DNA from: Eledone cirrhosa
Taxonomy: Eukaryota
Direction: 5' to 3'
DNA length: 64,000 bases
Assembly: GCA_964016885.1 (NCBI GenBank)
Contig: OZ024748.1
Location: 54,436,001-54,500,000, forward strand
Positions 14,700-28,310 of this stretch are shown here, piece by piece. Every line of letters begins with the position of its first letter. The first letter of the stretch is position 1. The notes under the pieces were generated by a model. It did not search any database. It saw only the letters and a list, made by a program, of their open reading frames with translations, and was not told where the DNA came from. Both the position numbers and the translations under genes were made by a program.

Positions 14700-17080
14700 C
14701 CTTAGTAGCAGCTTCTACATCAGTTCCTCTGTAGATTTAATTGCTGCAGCCTTCTTAATGACAAAGTGGTGATGGTTGATATTTCCAATTAATGGCAGTG
14801 GTGGTGGCAGCAGAGTTTTATTGTTATTCTTACTGTTATTGTTGTTGTTGTTGTTAGTATTATTATTATTAGTAGTAGTAGTAGTTTGCGTACTGTGATG
14901 CTGGTAGTGACACTGGGAGAGAAGCTCTGGATGTGACAGTGGCAGTGGATGACAGCAATGACCACTACCAGGATATAATACTCCACCTACCCACCATCCT
15001 CTGAACCAAATATTCTTGGCAAATTACTTGTTTGTAACTGAGTTTAAAACAATTGTGTTTTATCAGAGTTTGCTGTGTTGTAGTTTCTGGTTCACTTCAA
15101 GTCATATCACTTCTATTTCTACTAGCAATATTTCCAGGCTAGAATAGAGAATGAGTCTTCCAAACTTCTTATTGCTTTCTTTACATACATCCTCCTCCTC
15201 CTCATCATCATCATCATCATCATCGCCATCGTCATACCACTTCAGGAAATCTCATGCCATTTAAAACCCCAAAACACACGACACCCCATGTTATCTGTTC
15301 TGATGTTGTCTGCAAGCTGTGTCCATTCTCCAGCTTTTGTTTGGTTCGGCTGTAGTAAACTAAGATTGGTTCAATTGACATAAAAGTCACAAGACATTTA
15401 CTTTGACACTCTACTGCTTCTGCCATTCATAGTTATAGTCGTTATTATTATCATCATTGTTATTGTGGTGATGATTCTTAATTTTGTCACTAGGCTTGGA
15501 CACTGTATGTATGTATGTGTATATGTGTAAATGCAAATATATATATATATATAATTGTATCTTGTAAAAATATACAGTTCACCCTTTTGCTATATTGCAT
15601 TGAGAATGATTTTCAAGTAATTTGGAAAATTAATCAAGGATTTGGAGGGATTGTGTAATATAACTAAATTTCTCATTATTAATCTGGTGTTTGGAGTGTA
15701 ACTAGGATGAAAGGGTTCTAGACAAACTGAACATTTAAAAACAAACAGCTTTGAATCACAAAAATAGAGGCAATTTGACGACAAAAGAGTTTCAGGGGAG
15801 TTGGTATCAAAAGGGTACACAGAAGTATAGTTTCTCAACCTTTTCCTCTACCCCTACCCCACCTCATCATACCTCACCCCACCCCACACTTTCTTCAAAT
15901 GCATGGCAACTTGAGTGTCATGAGTTCTAAACCCAATCAAGGTTAGATGTAAAAGACAACAGGATTGTGATGTTTATATAGTCTTTAGCAATTCCAAAAC
16001 CCCATTAGTCTTAACTCTGTCCTACCAGACACCTCATCAATCCCACCCTCTCTCTCTCCCTCTCTCTCTCTCTCAAACACTAGTGCTCTTATAACTTACA
16101 ACGTCTGGCTAATAGTTACACAGTTATTTTATAATCATTTGTTTCTACTCTCCCATGACAGGGCGGGCGGCATATTGTTGCTGTTGTTGTTGTTGCTGCT
16201 CTTGTTATTATCAGCCATATTGCTTGTATTCATTGTGTGTTTGTGTGTGCAGTGGCATGTATGTGTGTTGAGCCAGTGTTACAGTTTGTGTGTATGCATG
16301 TGTTTCTCACTGTGTGTGTATTGGCATGTATGTATGTTGTGCCAGTGTGTGTGTTGTGTCAGTGCTGCAGGGTGTGTGTGTGTGTTTCTGCCAATGATAG
16401 GAACAGGAAGAACAGAATTAACTCTAGTTGATGTGTGTGTTTGTGTGTGTAGATGTACACATGCGTGTATGGATATTTGTGTTCACACATGCATACATAC
16501 ATACACAGCATGAAACACATTTACAAAGATACATACATATTTGTACCAACACACACACACATCACACACATTCATATTTCCATACACATGTAATGAGAAT
16601 AAAAAAAATTTAGTTTCGCACACAGAGATTAATTTGTGTGTGTGTGTGTCTGTGTCAATGTATGTGTAGTCAGATTCATACACAAACATCCTTTATCAAA
16701 CCTCTATTATATAATATCCTATCTGTTTTTTCCCCCCGTTTTATTTTTAATTTTCTAAAATCTTCCGTTTTGTTTCTGCTAATTAGTGTTGCTAATTTAT
16801 TTTGTGTTGATTCCTTTTAATTAAACTAACAAATCTCTACATCAGTTTGGTCTGTAGTTTGGCAGCGTTGATGGCGGTAGGGGTTAGAGTGGGGCAGTTT
16901 GAGATAATGTTGGTGGCTGTTGGTAACATTGTACACAGAGAAGAGTGTTGGTGTTTGTTGTAATGGTGGTAATGGTGGTGGTGGGTATGGCATTAGCTAG
17001 CCATCTTGTCTGTCTGTCTGTCTCTAAGATTTCCTAATCAGTCTGCTTTGTGGACATTTAATTACACATGCTAAAAGCCT

Positions 17081-17145
<65 letters not shown>

Positions 17146-18767
17146 TAATTAGAACATGTGTATGTGTGTGTTTTTGTTTGTATATGAGGTGGAGTGGTTG
17201 GTTAGTTAATGAGGAAGGAAGTATAAAAAGGATGTTTTTGCTACTGTTTAACCCTCGGTCATCTCTAATCAGGTAGGTCTATGATCAAATGGTTTCCAGC
17301 TATAAACATACTGTTGTAAATATTTATAACTACATTGGCCTGTAGTCTTTAATAACTCTGAAATAGAAAATAAATTTTGGGAGGTTCTAAGTATGCCTGT
17401 GAGTGTATGTGTGTATATATGTATATATGCATGTACATGGGCATATATTCATTCTTTCATATACACACACATATTTATATATATATATATATATATACAT
17501 ACACAAAAAAAAAACATTATTAAAAATGTATTAACAAATAAGTTTTATTTTGCGTCAGTATCTGTATAAGTTTGTTTCATGTTCACAGTGTGTTTGTGTA
17601 TGTGTGTGTATTTATCTTTGTTAATTGCCTGTACCACCAGATAACTATATAATATGATGCTCCGCTCCCCTCCTCCACCTCACAAAAATACAAAATCAAT
17701 ACAATTAAGGCTTTATTATTTAATGAAAACAACATAAATTTAATTACTTTTTCTTCATTTTATAATGTTTTATAATTTAATATTTTTCCCTCCCAGTTTT
17801 ATTATTATTTGTTAATATCGTCATTATTGGCATCTGGAATGTTGTCAGGCACTCATAGTTCTCAACCAGTGGTATGTCAACCCTTGTATTTTATAGGGGT
17901 TTAGTTGTAAGAGCAACTCTGTGTGTCAGTGAGGATCAACTGGAAAAAGTATTCCAGGGGACTATAGACAATGTCCAGAAATTTTTGTTTTGGCAATTCT
18001 ACAGTTTAATTGAGGGACATTAATGGTTCAGGATAACCTCTACAGGCATGGTAGCACTATTGACCAGGCTTGTCCAAGATGTGTGACAAAACCATTCAGC
18101 AAATACTGTTCAATATCTGTTGCTATAGTATTGCTGTCTTGTGAAGTTGTGGACAGCTGTTGTCACGTCTTTGACCAATGTGGTTAGCAGGAGAGTCCAT
18201 CATGAAGTTATCTTCTCTGCCTTGCTTTCACCTTGAAGGGCAACAGCAATCTGTTTCCCACTGTCTGGTGGCTCTGGTAAACTAGATTGAATGGTGGGTA
18301 AGATTGAAAGGACTGAAGATGGACCTTCTCTTTGTTGAATAAGACCTCATTAACTTCTTTATGGTTAACCTGGAGAGGAAGGTACTGCCTTCCAGTTAAT
18401 TTACTCTGAGGTTAGTGACAGTGGTGAAGACTGCTTGTATTAGTGGATTTTACTCTCAGTATATGCCTGTGAGGACACTTGTTATTGATAGTCAAGGTAA
18501 TCCTAGTGGGGTCTTTGTTTGGCCCTATTCTGACCTTTCATTTCTTTTTATATAGTTTTATTTCCTATTTCTCTTCTTTTCCATAATCGATTCTGTGAAC
18601 AACCACACCATTTGTTATTACCTCTCTGTCTAATGTCTTCTCATTCATCATCATCATTGTCACAATAGTAAAGAAAGGATCATTATTATTAGTAGTAATT
18701 GTAGTTGTAGTAATCATCATCATCATTGCCCTTGTGACAATAGTAAAGAAAGGATTATTATTATCAT

Positions 18768-18813
<46 letters not shown>

Positions 18814-19054
18814 CTCATCATTATCATCATCATCATCATCATTATCACCATCTTTATTATTTTCACCGTTTATGATTTCCTCTGTTTTGTTTGTTTTCAA
18901 TATATTCCTGCCTCTGTATTTGCATAAAAGTCACGTTTTATAATTAGGCTTAATTAAAATGTCTCATTCGTATCTTCGTCAATATTTAATTTAGTTTTCT
19001 CTACAATATCCACCCACCAGCTCTTTCTCTCTTCTCTCCCTCACACAACACACA

Positions 19055-19111
<57 letters not shown>

Positions 19112-21914
19112 TATACACACACACACATTATAATCACTGACACAAAGACTTTTCGCTTCACTTAGTTGTTTCTGTTGCTTTTCATACTCTGTTAAAACAA
19201 CAACAGCAACAAAAATAATAATTGTAACAACAAATAAGAGCTTTAGCATGACTCTTGCTGTCCTTTAAAATACAAGGCAGGTTGTGTGTGTGTGTGTTAA
19301 TTGTAATTTTATATTTCTAACTAACTACCTGTCTGTCTTTCTAGGCCAACATTCTTTCTTTTTTTCTTTTTTTACTTTAATTGTTATGGTGTTGTTGATT
19401 GCCAACTCTTTGCTGCACAATCTTGATATACGAATATGTGTGTGTGTGTGTGTGTGTGATTTCATAGACATCTATATGCATGTGTGGTTATGCAAAATTC
19501 CTACATTTTCAGATTACAATGTCCGATGAACCAAAAACTTCTCATATCTCAGTTTTCCACTTAACAACAACCCAGGAAAGCCACATTGAAACCACATCTA
19601 CACATCTAACTATATAATTACAACAATTAGTAAAATTGTCACCTACAGCTTTTGTGAATCTACCTGTAGATCTAGAAACATGTTTTTAATGTCAACAAAC
19701 TAACAACTTTCATCCCATGCTCTAGCTAATCCACTCACTAACATAACACTAATGAGATGGCCAGTTGATCTGCTAGATAGAGCAGCCAAATCTGACTTGA
19801 ATTACACCATAGCATCTTTAAACATATATACAGCTCACATTGATTGGATAATCTCTCTCTCTCTCTCTCTCTATATATCTATAATGACCAATGAAAAACC
19901 AAGTCCCTGGATGATGACTGCTGGAGCAACTTCCATCATAAGTCTGCTCAATCAGGGCTAACCTAAGGCTAGAAAGTAACAACATAACTAATGATCCATA
20001 GTGTTAAACAGATGAGAGATAAATTTACACAAGGAGAGTATCATAATCCACTTCATTAACTCTTCATACATTAATTTCTAGCCATATTTGGACTCTTCTC
20101 CCAGGTTGACTACCATATTTATAATGGAAAACACTGCCAATGATTTTCAGATAATTTTGAAAATCAAGAATTTAGAGGGGTTTAATAAAATAACTTTCTC
20201 AAGATTAAGCTGATGTTTTGAGCAAAACTTCACAAAGGTGCTGACTTAAAATTTTGATTGAAGATTTTTAAATAAATATAAATCCTTTAAAACAAACGAC
20301 TTTATATTATAGAACTAATGGCAGTTTTAGGTGATTTGGTATCAAAAGGGCTCCTTATCAGTTGTGTGGGGGTGGAGGAGAGGGGCTTGAGATTCTATTC
20401 TAATAGGTTCTGTATTGTAAGCTTCTATTTGTATTATTGGTATTATCAGGGGTGGGGTTGTAGATAGGCTAAATTAAAGCTCAGGCCAGCTGTATCATTT
20501 TGGGCTGACCAAGACACATGTCACTTAGAAATACATTGGATGTGATTGATGTGTGTGTGGGAGGGAAAGAGTGTGGTGTTGTTTTGAGCCTCACCTGCTT
20601 TTATTTTTTGTTTACTCTATAATTAAAGTCTTGGCCATACATTCCTTCTGTTTAACGTAGCTGAACTTTTGTTTTCTATGGAAATGTGAATATAATCTCC
20701 TCAAAACACCACCACATAAGTCTATCATATTAACATACACACACATATTTAACCCTTTCCTCATCATATTTCTTGTGAACATTTTATATTTAAGCCTTTC
20801 GTTACCATATTTCTAATGAACACAAGTTACGTGTATTCACACATACACACACTTTATGTTAGATGTTTTAAAAAAAGAGAGACCAACTGTTGCAATAGCC
20901 TTCACACATATGCACTAGATGTAAATCCTAAATGTTTACATGTATGTATGCATATTTATGTGTACATATACCTACATACACAGAACAGATGATGATGAGT
21001 ATACTTGTAAATGTTTACAAAGACCCAAGGAGTCTTATAGGTCAGCCCTTTGTTCTGATTTTTTTATCAGTTTTTTTTTTTTATCCAGGTAGCATCCTCA
21101 GATACCCTGGTACGGATTTCTTTAGGTATAGGTGAAAAGGATCAATGTAGAACCAAGTGTATTGACCAAATACACAGTAAAATACTTAGAGTAGATTACA
21201 GTTGGCTGGTTAATTCTGTATAATATTCACTGGGTCATTTATCAAGATGACCCTTTCTATGGTGAGATTGATATCAGTAAAAATATCCAGCTTCAAGTTT
21301 GTTTCAGCTATGAACAATTTCTTTTTTTTTTGTGTGTTAAGTCTGAACATTAAGCTAGCATGAAGTCCGGTTTAGGTGTCAACTGCCTGTACTATCAGTT
21401 ATCTACCTTCTACCTACTTACCTACCTATCTACTGGTCCTAAATGGGCAGGTAGACTCTGTGGCCAACAGTGACTGCATCCAGGTCAGCTATTTGACTGA
21501 TTGCTTGACAGATTAAATAATTGGTTGGCTGGTTGGCTTGCTGGCATGTTTGTTGACCTGGTTGGATTGTTTGTTGGTAGGTGGGTAAAATGCAAGAATT
21601 AAGCATGGCAGTGTGTTGTTGCAGGAGGGAGAGAGGCACTGAACATTGATTTGCAGTCATATATTTAGCAGTGGCATGTGAAGGGAAGGGAAATAGTTGA
21701 GAGGTAGTATGTGACCAGTTTCCTTCCATACATTACACACATGCTTAACATGAATACATGTCTACATAAATACATGTATTAGTTTGTCATTCCACCTCAG
21801 AAGCAACAACCAAGAACATAGCTATTGACTAACAGTAAGTCAGCATAACTTATGTTAGCATTGCAAGTAATATTACCATCATCATCACCAACACAAAGCC
21901 AACAAAGGAGAGTG

Positions 21915-22130
21915 TATGTAGTTGCTTGGCCTGCTAAAAATAGCAGCCAAATTTTCCTTTAAATCATCCTACAACCTTTTTTTTTTTTTAAAGAGAGAAG
22001 TACATAGTGATGTGGTCCTAGATACCAACCCCTGCTCCCTCCATGAAAAAGGGGACAAGACAATCAGTGGAATGCCTTTGATCATAGTTTTACTGGATTA
22101 AATTATTGACCTAAGGCTAAACAACACATC
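21915..22130 (+). mobile_element. Retroposon tail family D ending in (AAC)n-like repeats (also about 19755-19985, 60670-60860, 61080-61285 and 17240-17310 on -)
   Basis: Shared blocks: (g)acctgctagaaatagcagccaaat and ctttgatcatag...gacct(aa/gg)ggctaaacaa. Confidence 0.6.
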
Positions 22131-22365
22131 TAACTTCACTGTGAGCCACAGAGAAATCTATCTCTCTCTTTATTTATATATATATGAAATCTTCAGGAAT
22201 GTCATTTCTATATAAAATTAAAATCCTTATGCTCTATCAGTGTATTGAATACCTTTTTTAACTGCAACCTTTTCCCGATCCCATCGGGGTCCACTTTCTA
22301 TTATATATATAATGGGGGTGTCTATTAACACTCATATTATGAACCACATTGCATTAGAGCTACTG

Positions 22366-22445
<80 letters not shown>

Positions 22446-22715
22446 TATAGTAAGAAATTAACATTGTTCACTCTGCCTCAGTGTTGAGTGGACAGGGTTT
22501 ATTGTGTTGGTCTGTAACTCCTGGCAAAAGGTTTTATTGATGACAAGAGCATTGACACTACTGTTAATATAGTCATGGTGACCAGGTCATAAGACAGGAA
22601 CATGTCCAAAGTTGTCCCCTTTGTTGTCCAGCTAGAAAAGGAAAACTATTAGACAGTGACTTAGTTGTTAACATTTTAATGATCTGTGAATTAAAAGTAT
22701 TATAACAGGCAGTAG

Positions 22716-22920
22716 ATTGGTGGTATTGGTAGAACATCAGACACCATGCTTCAAAGCATAGAGTTATGGCTCTTTACATTCCTGCCAGGTTTAGCTTTGC
22801 CTTTCATCCTTACAGGGTTGATAAAACAAAGAATACCAGTAATGCACTGGGGTCAATTTAATCGACTTTCCCCTTCCTCAAAAGTGTTGGCCTTATGCCT
22901 AAATCAGAAACCAGTATTAT
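22716..22920 (+). mobile_element. SINE family A, long-tail variant with the B-box deleted and CpG decay
   Basis: ggtagaacatcagacaccatgc...tttcatccttacagggttgataaaa...taccagtaatgcactggggtcaatttaatcgac. Confidence 0.85.
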
Positions 22921-23355
22921 TTATCATAACAACAGATGCATAATACATTTTGTCTTTGTGGCTGAAATCTGGCAAGGAAAGGGTTAAATACTTAGAGAGA
23001 GCTGAACCTGGGCCCTTTTTAAACTAATTCAGAAGAAGCCCCAAAGTTAATGTAATATAGGTGTTCTGTTTTAGCTTCTTGTTAAGAGTGCACATGATTA
23101 CAGAAACCAAACAAAAGTTGTAAAAATGTCTGTCCCCTCCCCTGTTCAGTAGCATTTTAACCTCTACCACCCACAAACTGGGTTTTAGGTTGTACTGTAT
23201 GTGTTGTGATATGGTAGTGTGTCTGTGTGTTTATGTGTGTGTGTTTCAAGTGAAATACATTGACTTGTTTTAAGGGCTTGAGTGTTATTTTTTGTTTTAT
23301 AGTTACTGATCAGAAAATGGAATGTTCTGGTATAAGCTGTACTGTGTGACGTATA

Positions 23356-23398
<43 letters not shown>

Positions 23399-23517
23399 AT
23401 GTATGTGTTTTTATAGTAACATATACATACATATATTTGTACACACACATACATGCAAACAGGTACACTCATATATATGTATATACACACACACACGCAC
23501 ATGCTTATATATATATG

Positions 23518-23567
<50 letters not shown>

Positions 23568-24561
23568 CACATATACATACATGTAAACAGGCACACACAC
23601 ACACCCCTTTGGCTGGGTGGTTGAGAATTTAATTACTACTCTCTTCATTGCCTATATTTTATGTTTCTTTCTTTTATCATTGTCCCATTCTCTTTCTTCC
23701 TCCTCTTCCTCTTCCAACCCCACCTCCATCACCTGGCACCACCACCACCACCCATCTTCTCTTCTTTTTCTTCCCTCTTCAATTAAACAATCCAGGTGTG
23801 TCTTTAGAAAATGAAGCTACTGAGTGACCAAGTGGTTTGTTTCATTCCTACACACCACCACCACAACTGTCACCAACACCAACACCAACACCACACCATT
23901 CACCATGGGCCATTTACTTGTGCTCCCAACCCAGCTTCCCTATTTACCACTCCCACTACCACTCCTACTCATAATACAACCACTGCCACTACTACTACTA
24001 CTACTATGTTCTTTTTAATTATCTCTGTTTTTGTCTCACTCTCCACTCTCCCTTTCTCCTTTTAATTCATTTTGGGGTTTCTTCCTCCCTTCAATCTTTA
24101 ACTAACTACTAGCCCCCCCCCCCTCCCCTATATATATATATATAAATATATGTATGTATATATATGTGTGTGTATGTATATGTATATATATGTATGTGTA
24201 TATATACACACACACACATGCAGTGTCCCCTAGCAAATCTAAAATAAGATATTTCATTTGATTTAGCTAAGCTAGCAAGGCAGGAAGGAGTATGGTAGAG
24301 TATAAATGTAAAGTAAATTAAAGGGCAGTGTACTCCGGTTAGTAGTTAATTTGTGTTTACTGCTTTAACGAATTATAAAACTAGATAAACACATGTAGAG
24401 ATTAGTCAGTCTCATTAATTAATTAGCTTATTAAAGAAGTTTCTTTCTGAGCCTACTCCCTTGTACTACTTATCTAAATTTTTAATCAGGTCTAAAATTG
24501 TTCCATGTGATTTAAAAAAAAACAACTCTTATTTTTTTGAATTTTGTTTGTAGTAAATGCA

Positions 24562-24818
24562 CGTGGCCTGGTACATAAAGTGCAGAGCTCATGATCGTAA
24601 AGTAATGGGTTCCTTTCCTGGACTGGGTGGTGTGTTATGTTCCTGAGCAAAATACTGTTTTCATGTTGCTCCTTCTGCTGGTTTAGCACTCCCATCTGGC
24701 TACTTGGTTCACTATCATAAAGTTGTGGGTTCCATTCTTGGACTGGGCAGTGTGATTTATTCCTGAACAAAATACTGTTTTCATATTGGTCCTCCTGCTG
24801 GTTTAACACTTTCATCTG
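24562..24818 (+). mobile_element. Second SINE-like family (B), head region tandemly duplicated
   Basis: gggttcc(t/a)tt...tggactggg...gtg...ttcctga(g/a)caaaatactgttttcat...ctcc occurs twice. Related decayed sequences lie at about 28950-29030 (-) and 59690-59790 (+). Confidence 0.6.
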
Positions 24819-25014
24819 GCCATTCAAACTCCATCCTTTTGTAAAAATTTGTGCTGGGTCTCCAATTAGAAGATATTCTCCTCTTGTGTATCCAGAAATC
24901 TTGAAGGCCCAGAAGAGCGACCTAGATACTGTCCTTCTCTTCTCCATCAAACAGTAAAAACAAATTAGTTCCCAATTAGAAAGTTGTTTACGTAGACCTT
25001 AGAACAGTTTCCCC

Positions 25015-25198
25015 TTAACCTCTTTGATACGAAAAAAAATTGAAACTGCCCTTGGTTCTATGATACAAAGTTTTTTTTTGTTCTAAAATGTTCATATCTA
25101 AAGTTAACATCAGCTTCAAAAATTCTCAGTTATTTCCAAAATTAATTGAAAATCATAGGCAGCGAATTTCATTAGAAATATGGTAATGAAAGGATTAA
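25015..25198. mobile_element. MITE of the TTAACCCTTT family, internally deleted, opposite orientation
   Basis: ttaacctctttgatac...cattagaaatatggtaatgaaaggattaa. Confidence 0.65.
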
Positions 25199-26159
25199 GT
25201 AAGATAATTAATATATTTGAGGTACATTTGAATAAATTTCAAATATTTCATCTACTCCATTCAGAATATACCCTTTTACCTGCAACATCACTGTAAAACT
25301 CATTAAGAAGCTGAGAAAGGGATTTAAGCCAAGAAAAGTAAAGCAGTGTGGTATATATCAGAAAATAAGAAAAAAATATGATGTAATAATTCTAAATAAA
25401 AAAGAACGATGGTATTATAATACTCCCCGAGAGGAGATGATACAGTGTGGTGTACTGCAGCAGGAACAAACACAAAATAAATGGTTATCTCCTCCTTTTT
25501 GACTCCTCAAAGAACACTGGGTGATAAAGCTTTGCAGGATGGTGAAACACTGTTGTATGAAGAGAGGGGGAGAGGGTGGGGGATACGGGTGGTGTGGTGG
25601 AAGGATTAATGTTAAATGGGTGGGAAAGTGTGAGGAGTGGAGACCCCTTTTTCACCCCCAAACAAAAATTGTGGGAATGACTAAACCATGTAAGGTGTTG
25701 AAACTGAGGCTAAAGCTATCTCTAAGGGAGCATTGTAAAGTATGGGGAGAGGAGGGTGGTGGAGTAGCCGGATCTTTTGATGCTCCTTAAGATTGAGTTA
25801 GACATAACCAAGATTATGAAAGACTCCACTTCCTTTTCTATTCTATCTATCTATCTTTCTGTCTGTCTGACTATCTCTGTCTATGTCTATCTATCATCTA
25901 TCTATGACTATCTGTCTGTGTCTGTATCTATCTATCTATCTATCTGTATCACACCACACCACCACACACACATACACACCACCACACCACCACACCACCA
26001 CACCACCACACCACCACACCACACACACATACACACTCACAATCTAATCAGAGTTGACAAGAAGGAAAGTTTTTCTTCACATTCTGTTAGCATTTTGTTA
26101 AGTCTAATTGTCAGCTCATATTTCTGTAACTACTGACAGGGAAAACTGATAATGACACT

Positions 26160-26510
26160 GGTGGGGGGCTATGGTTGTAGTGGGGGTGTGGTGGCTATGG
26201 TTGTAGTAAGGGTGGGGGTGTGGGGGCTATGGTTGTAGTGGGGGGAGGGGCTATGGCTGTGGTAAGGGTGGTGTTAACTGGTGGTGGTGGTGTGGCTATG
26301 GTTGTAGTAAAGGTGGGAGTGGAGTGGCTATGGTGGTAGTAAGAGTGGTGGGGTGGCTATGGTTGTAGTAAGGGTAGTGGGGAGGGGGGGCTATGGTTGT
26401 GGTGTGGCTATGGTTGTAGTGGGGGTGGGGTGGCTATGGTTGTAGTAAGGGTGGGGGTGGGGTGGCTATGGTGGTAGTAAGAGTGGTGGTGGTGGGGTGG
26501 CTATGGTGAA
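26160..26510. repeat. G-rich minisatellite (ggctatggttgtagt...gggg)
   Basis: More than 10 imperfect units anchored on ggctatgg. Confidence 0.9.
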
Positions 26511-26649
26511 TGTGTGTAGGGGGGTCGCCACTGATGATGATGATGATCACTACAGCTACCTATTCACCCCTCCCCTCCTCACTAAAAAGTAATGGAAATA
26601 TGATGACAATTATAAGTTTTTTAGTGTTAGTGGTGGTGGTGGTAATATT

Positions 26650-27490
26650 AGTGGTAGTAGTAGTAGTAGTGGTTGTGGAGGTGGTAGTAGTAGTGGTTTT
26701 GGTGGTGCTGGAAGTGGTAGTAGTAGTGGTTGTGGAGGTGGTAGTAGTAGTGGTTTTGGGGGTGCTGGAAGTGGTAGTAGTAGTGGTTGTGGAGGTGGTA
26801 GTAGTAGTGGTTTTGGTGGTGCTGGAAGTGGTAGTAGTAGTGGTTGTGGAGGTGGTAGTAGTAGTGGTTTTGGTGGTGCTGGAAGTGGTAGTAGTAGTGG
26901 TTGTGGAGGTGGTAGTAGTAGTGGTTTTGGTGGTGCTGGAAGTGGTAGTAGTAGTGGTTGTGGAGGTGGTAGTAGTAGTGGTTTTGGTGGTGCTGGAAGT
27001 GGTAGTAGTAGTGGTTGTGGAGGTGGTAGTAGTAGTGGTTTTGGTGGTGCTGGAAGTGGTAGTAGTAGTGGTTGTGGAGGTGGTAGTAGTAGTGGTTTTG
27101 GTGGTGCTGGAAGTGGTAGTAGTAGTAGTAGTAGTAGTGGTTGTGGAGGTGCTGGAAGTGGTAGTAGTAGTGGTTGTGGAGGTGGTAGTAGTAGTGGTTT
27201 TGGTGGTGCTGGAAGTGGTAGTAGTAGTGGTTGTGGAGGTGGTAGTAGTAGTGGTTTTGGTGGTGCTGGAAGTGGTAGTAGTAGTAGTAGTAGTAGTGGT
27301 TGTGGAGGTGCTGGAAGTGGTAGTAGTAGTGGTTGTGGAGGTGGTAGTAGTAGTGGTTTTGGTGGTGCTGGAAGTGGTAGTAGTAGTGGTTGTGGAGGTG
27401 GTAGTAGTAGTGGTTTTGGGGGTGCTGGAAGTGGTAGTAGTAGTAGTAGTAGTAGTGGTTGTGGAGGTGGTAGTAGTAGTGGTTTTGGTT
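26650..27490. repeat. 57-bp minisatellite (gtggttttggtggtgctggaagtggtagtagtagtggttgtggaggtggtagtagta), about 14 copies
   Basis: 19-codon periodicity in all frames, with near-identical units. Confidence 0.95.
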
Positions 27491-27659
27491 GTGGGTAACT
27501 GGAGGTGGTAGTAGCGGTGGTGGTGGGGAAATGGAGGTGAGGTAGAAGTATGTAGGTGTGGTAGTCACAGTTTTTACATTGTTCTTGTTAGAGGTATAGG
27601 TGGTGGTGGTGGTGGTGGTGATACAATAAGTAGCAGCAGCAAAGGTTGTGTTGTTCCAA

Positions 27660-28310
27660 TTGATGTTGGTTGTGGTGGTAGTAGTGATTGTGGTGATGAT
27701 GGTGGTGGTGGTGGTAGTAGTAGTGATGGTGGTGGTGGTGGAAGTAGTAGTAGTGATGGTGGTGGTGGAAGTAGTAGTAGTGATGGTGGTGGAGGTGGAA
27801 GTAGTAGTAGTGATGATGGTGGTGGTAGTAGTAGTGATGGTGGTGGTGGTGGAAGTAGTAGTAGTAGCAGTGATTGTGATAGTAGTGGCAATGGTAGTGA
27901 TGGTAGTAAAGGTGGTAGTAGTGGTGGAGGTGGAAGTAGTAGTAGTGATGGTAGTAAAGGTGGTAGTAGTGGTGGAGGTGGAAGTAGTAGTAGTGATGGT
28001 AGTAAAGGTGGTAGTAGTGGTGGAGGTGGAAGTAGTAGTAGTGATGGTAGTAAAGGTGGTAGTGATGGTGGTGGTGGAAGTAGTAGTAGTGATGGTAGTA
28101 AAGGTGGTAGTAGTGTTGGAGGTGGAAGTAGTAGTAGTGATGGTAGTAAAGGTGGTAGTAGTGGTGGAGGTGGAAGTAGTAGTAGTGATGGTAGTAAAGG
28201 TGGTAGTAGTGGTGGAGGTGGAAGTAGTAGTGGTAGTGGTGGTAGTAAAGGTGGAGGTGGAAGTAGTAGTGGTAGTGGTGGAAGTAGTAGTGGTAGTGGT
28301 GGTAATGAGG
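27660..28310. repeat. GTA/GTG-derived repeat with 48-bp higher-order units (ggtagtaaaggtggtagtagtggtggaggtggaagtagtagtagtgat)
   Basis: 16-codon periodicity at about 27890-28250. Confidence 0.9.

Noticed and set aside
17850-18530. Higher-complexity stretches (also 21000-21300, 29170-29420, 31720-32150 and 56890-57220) that may be old TE remnants or exons
   Set aside because: I could not support any recognisable protein motif or consistent splice and frame pattern by eye.
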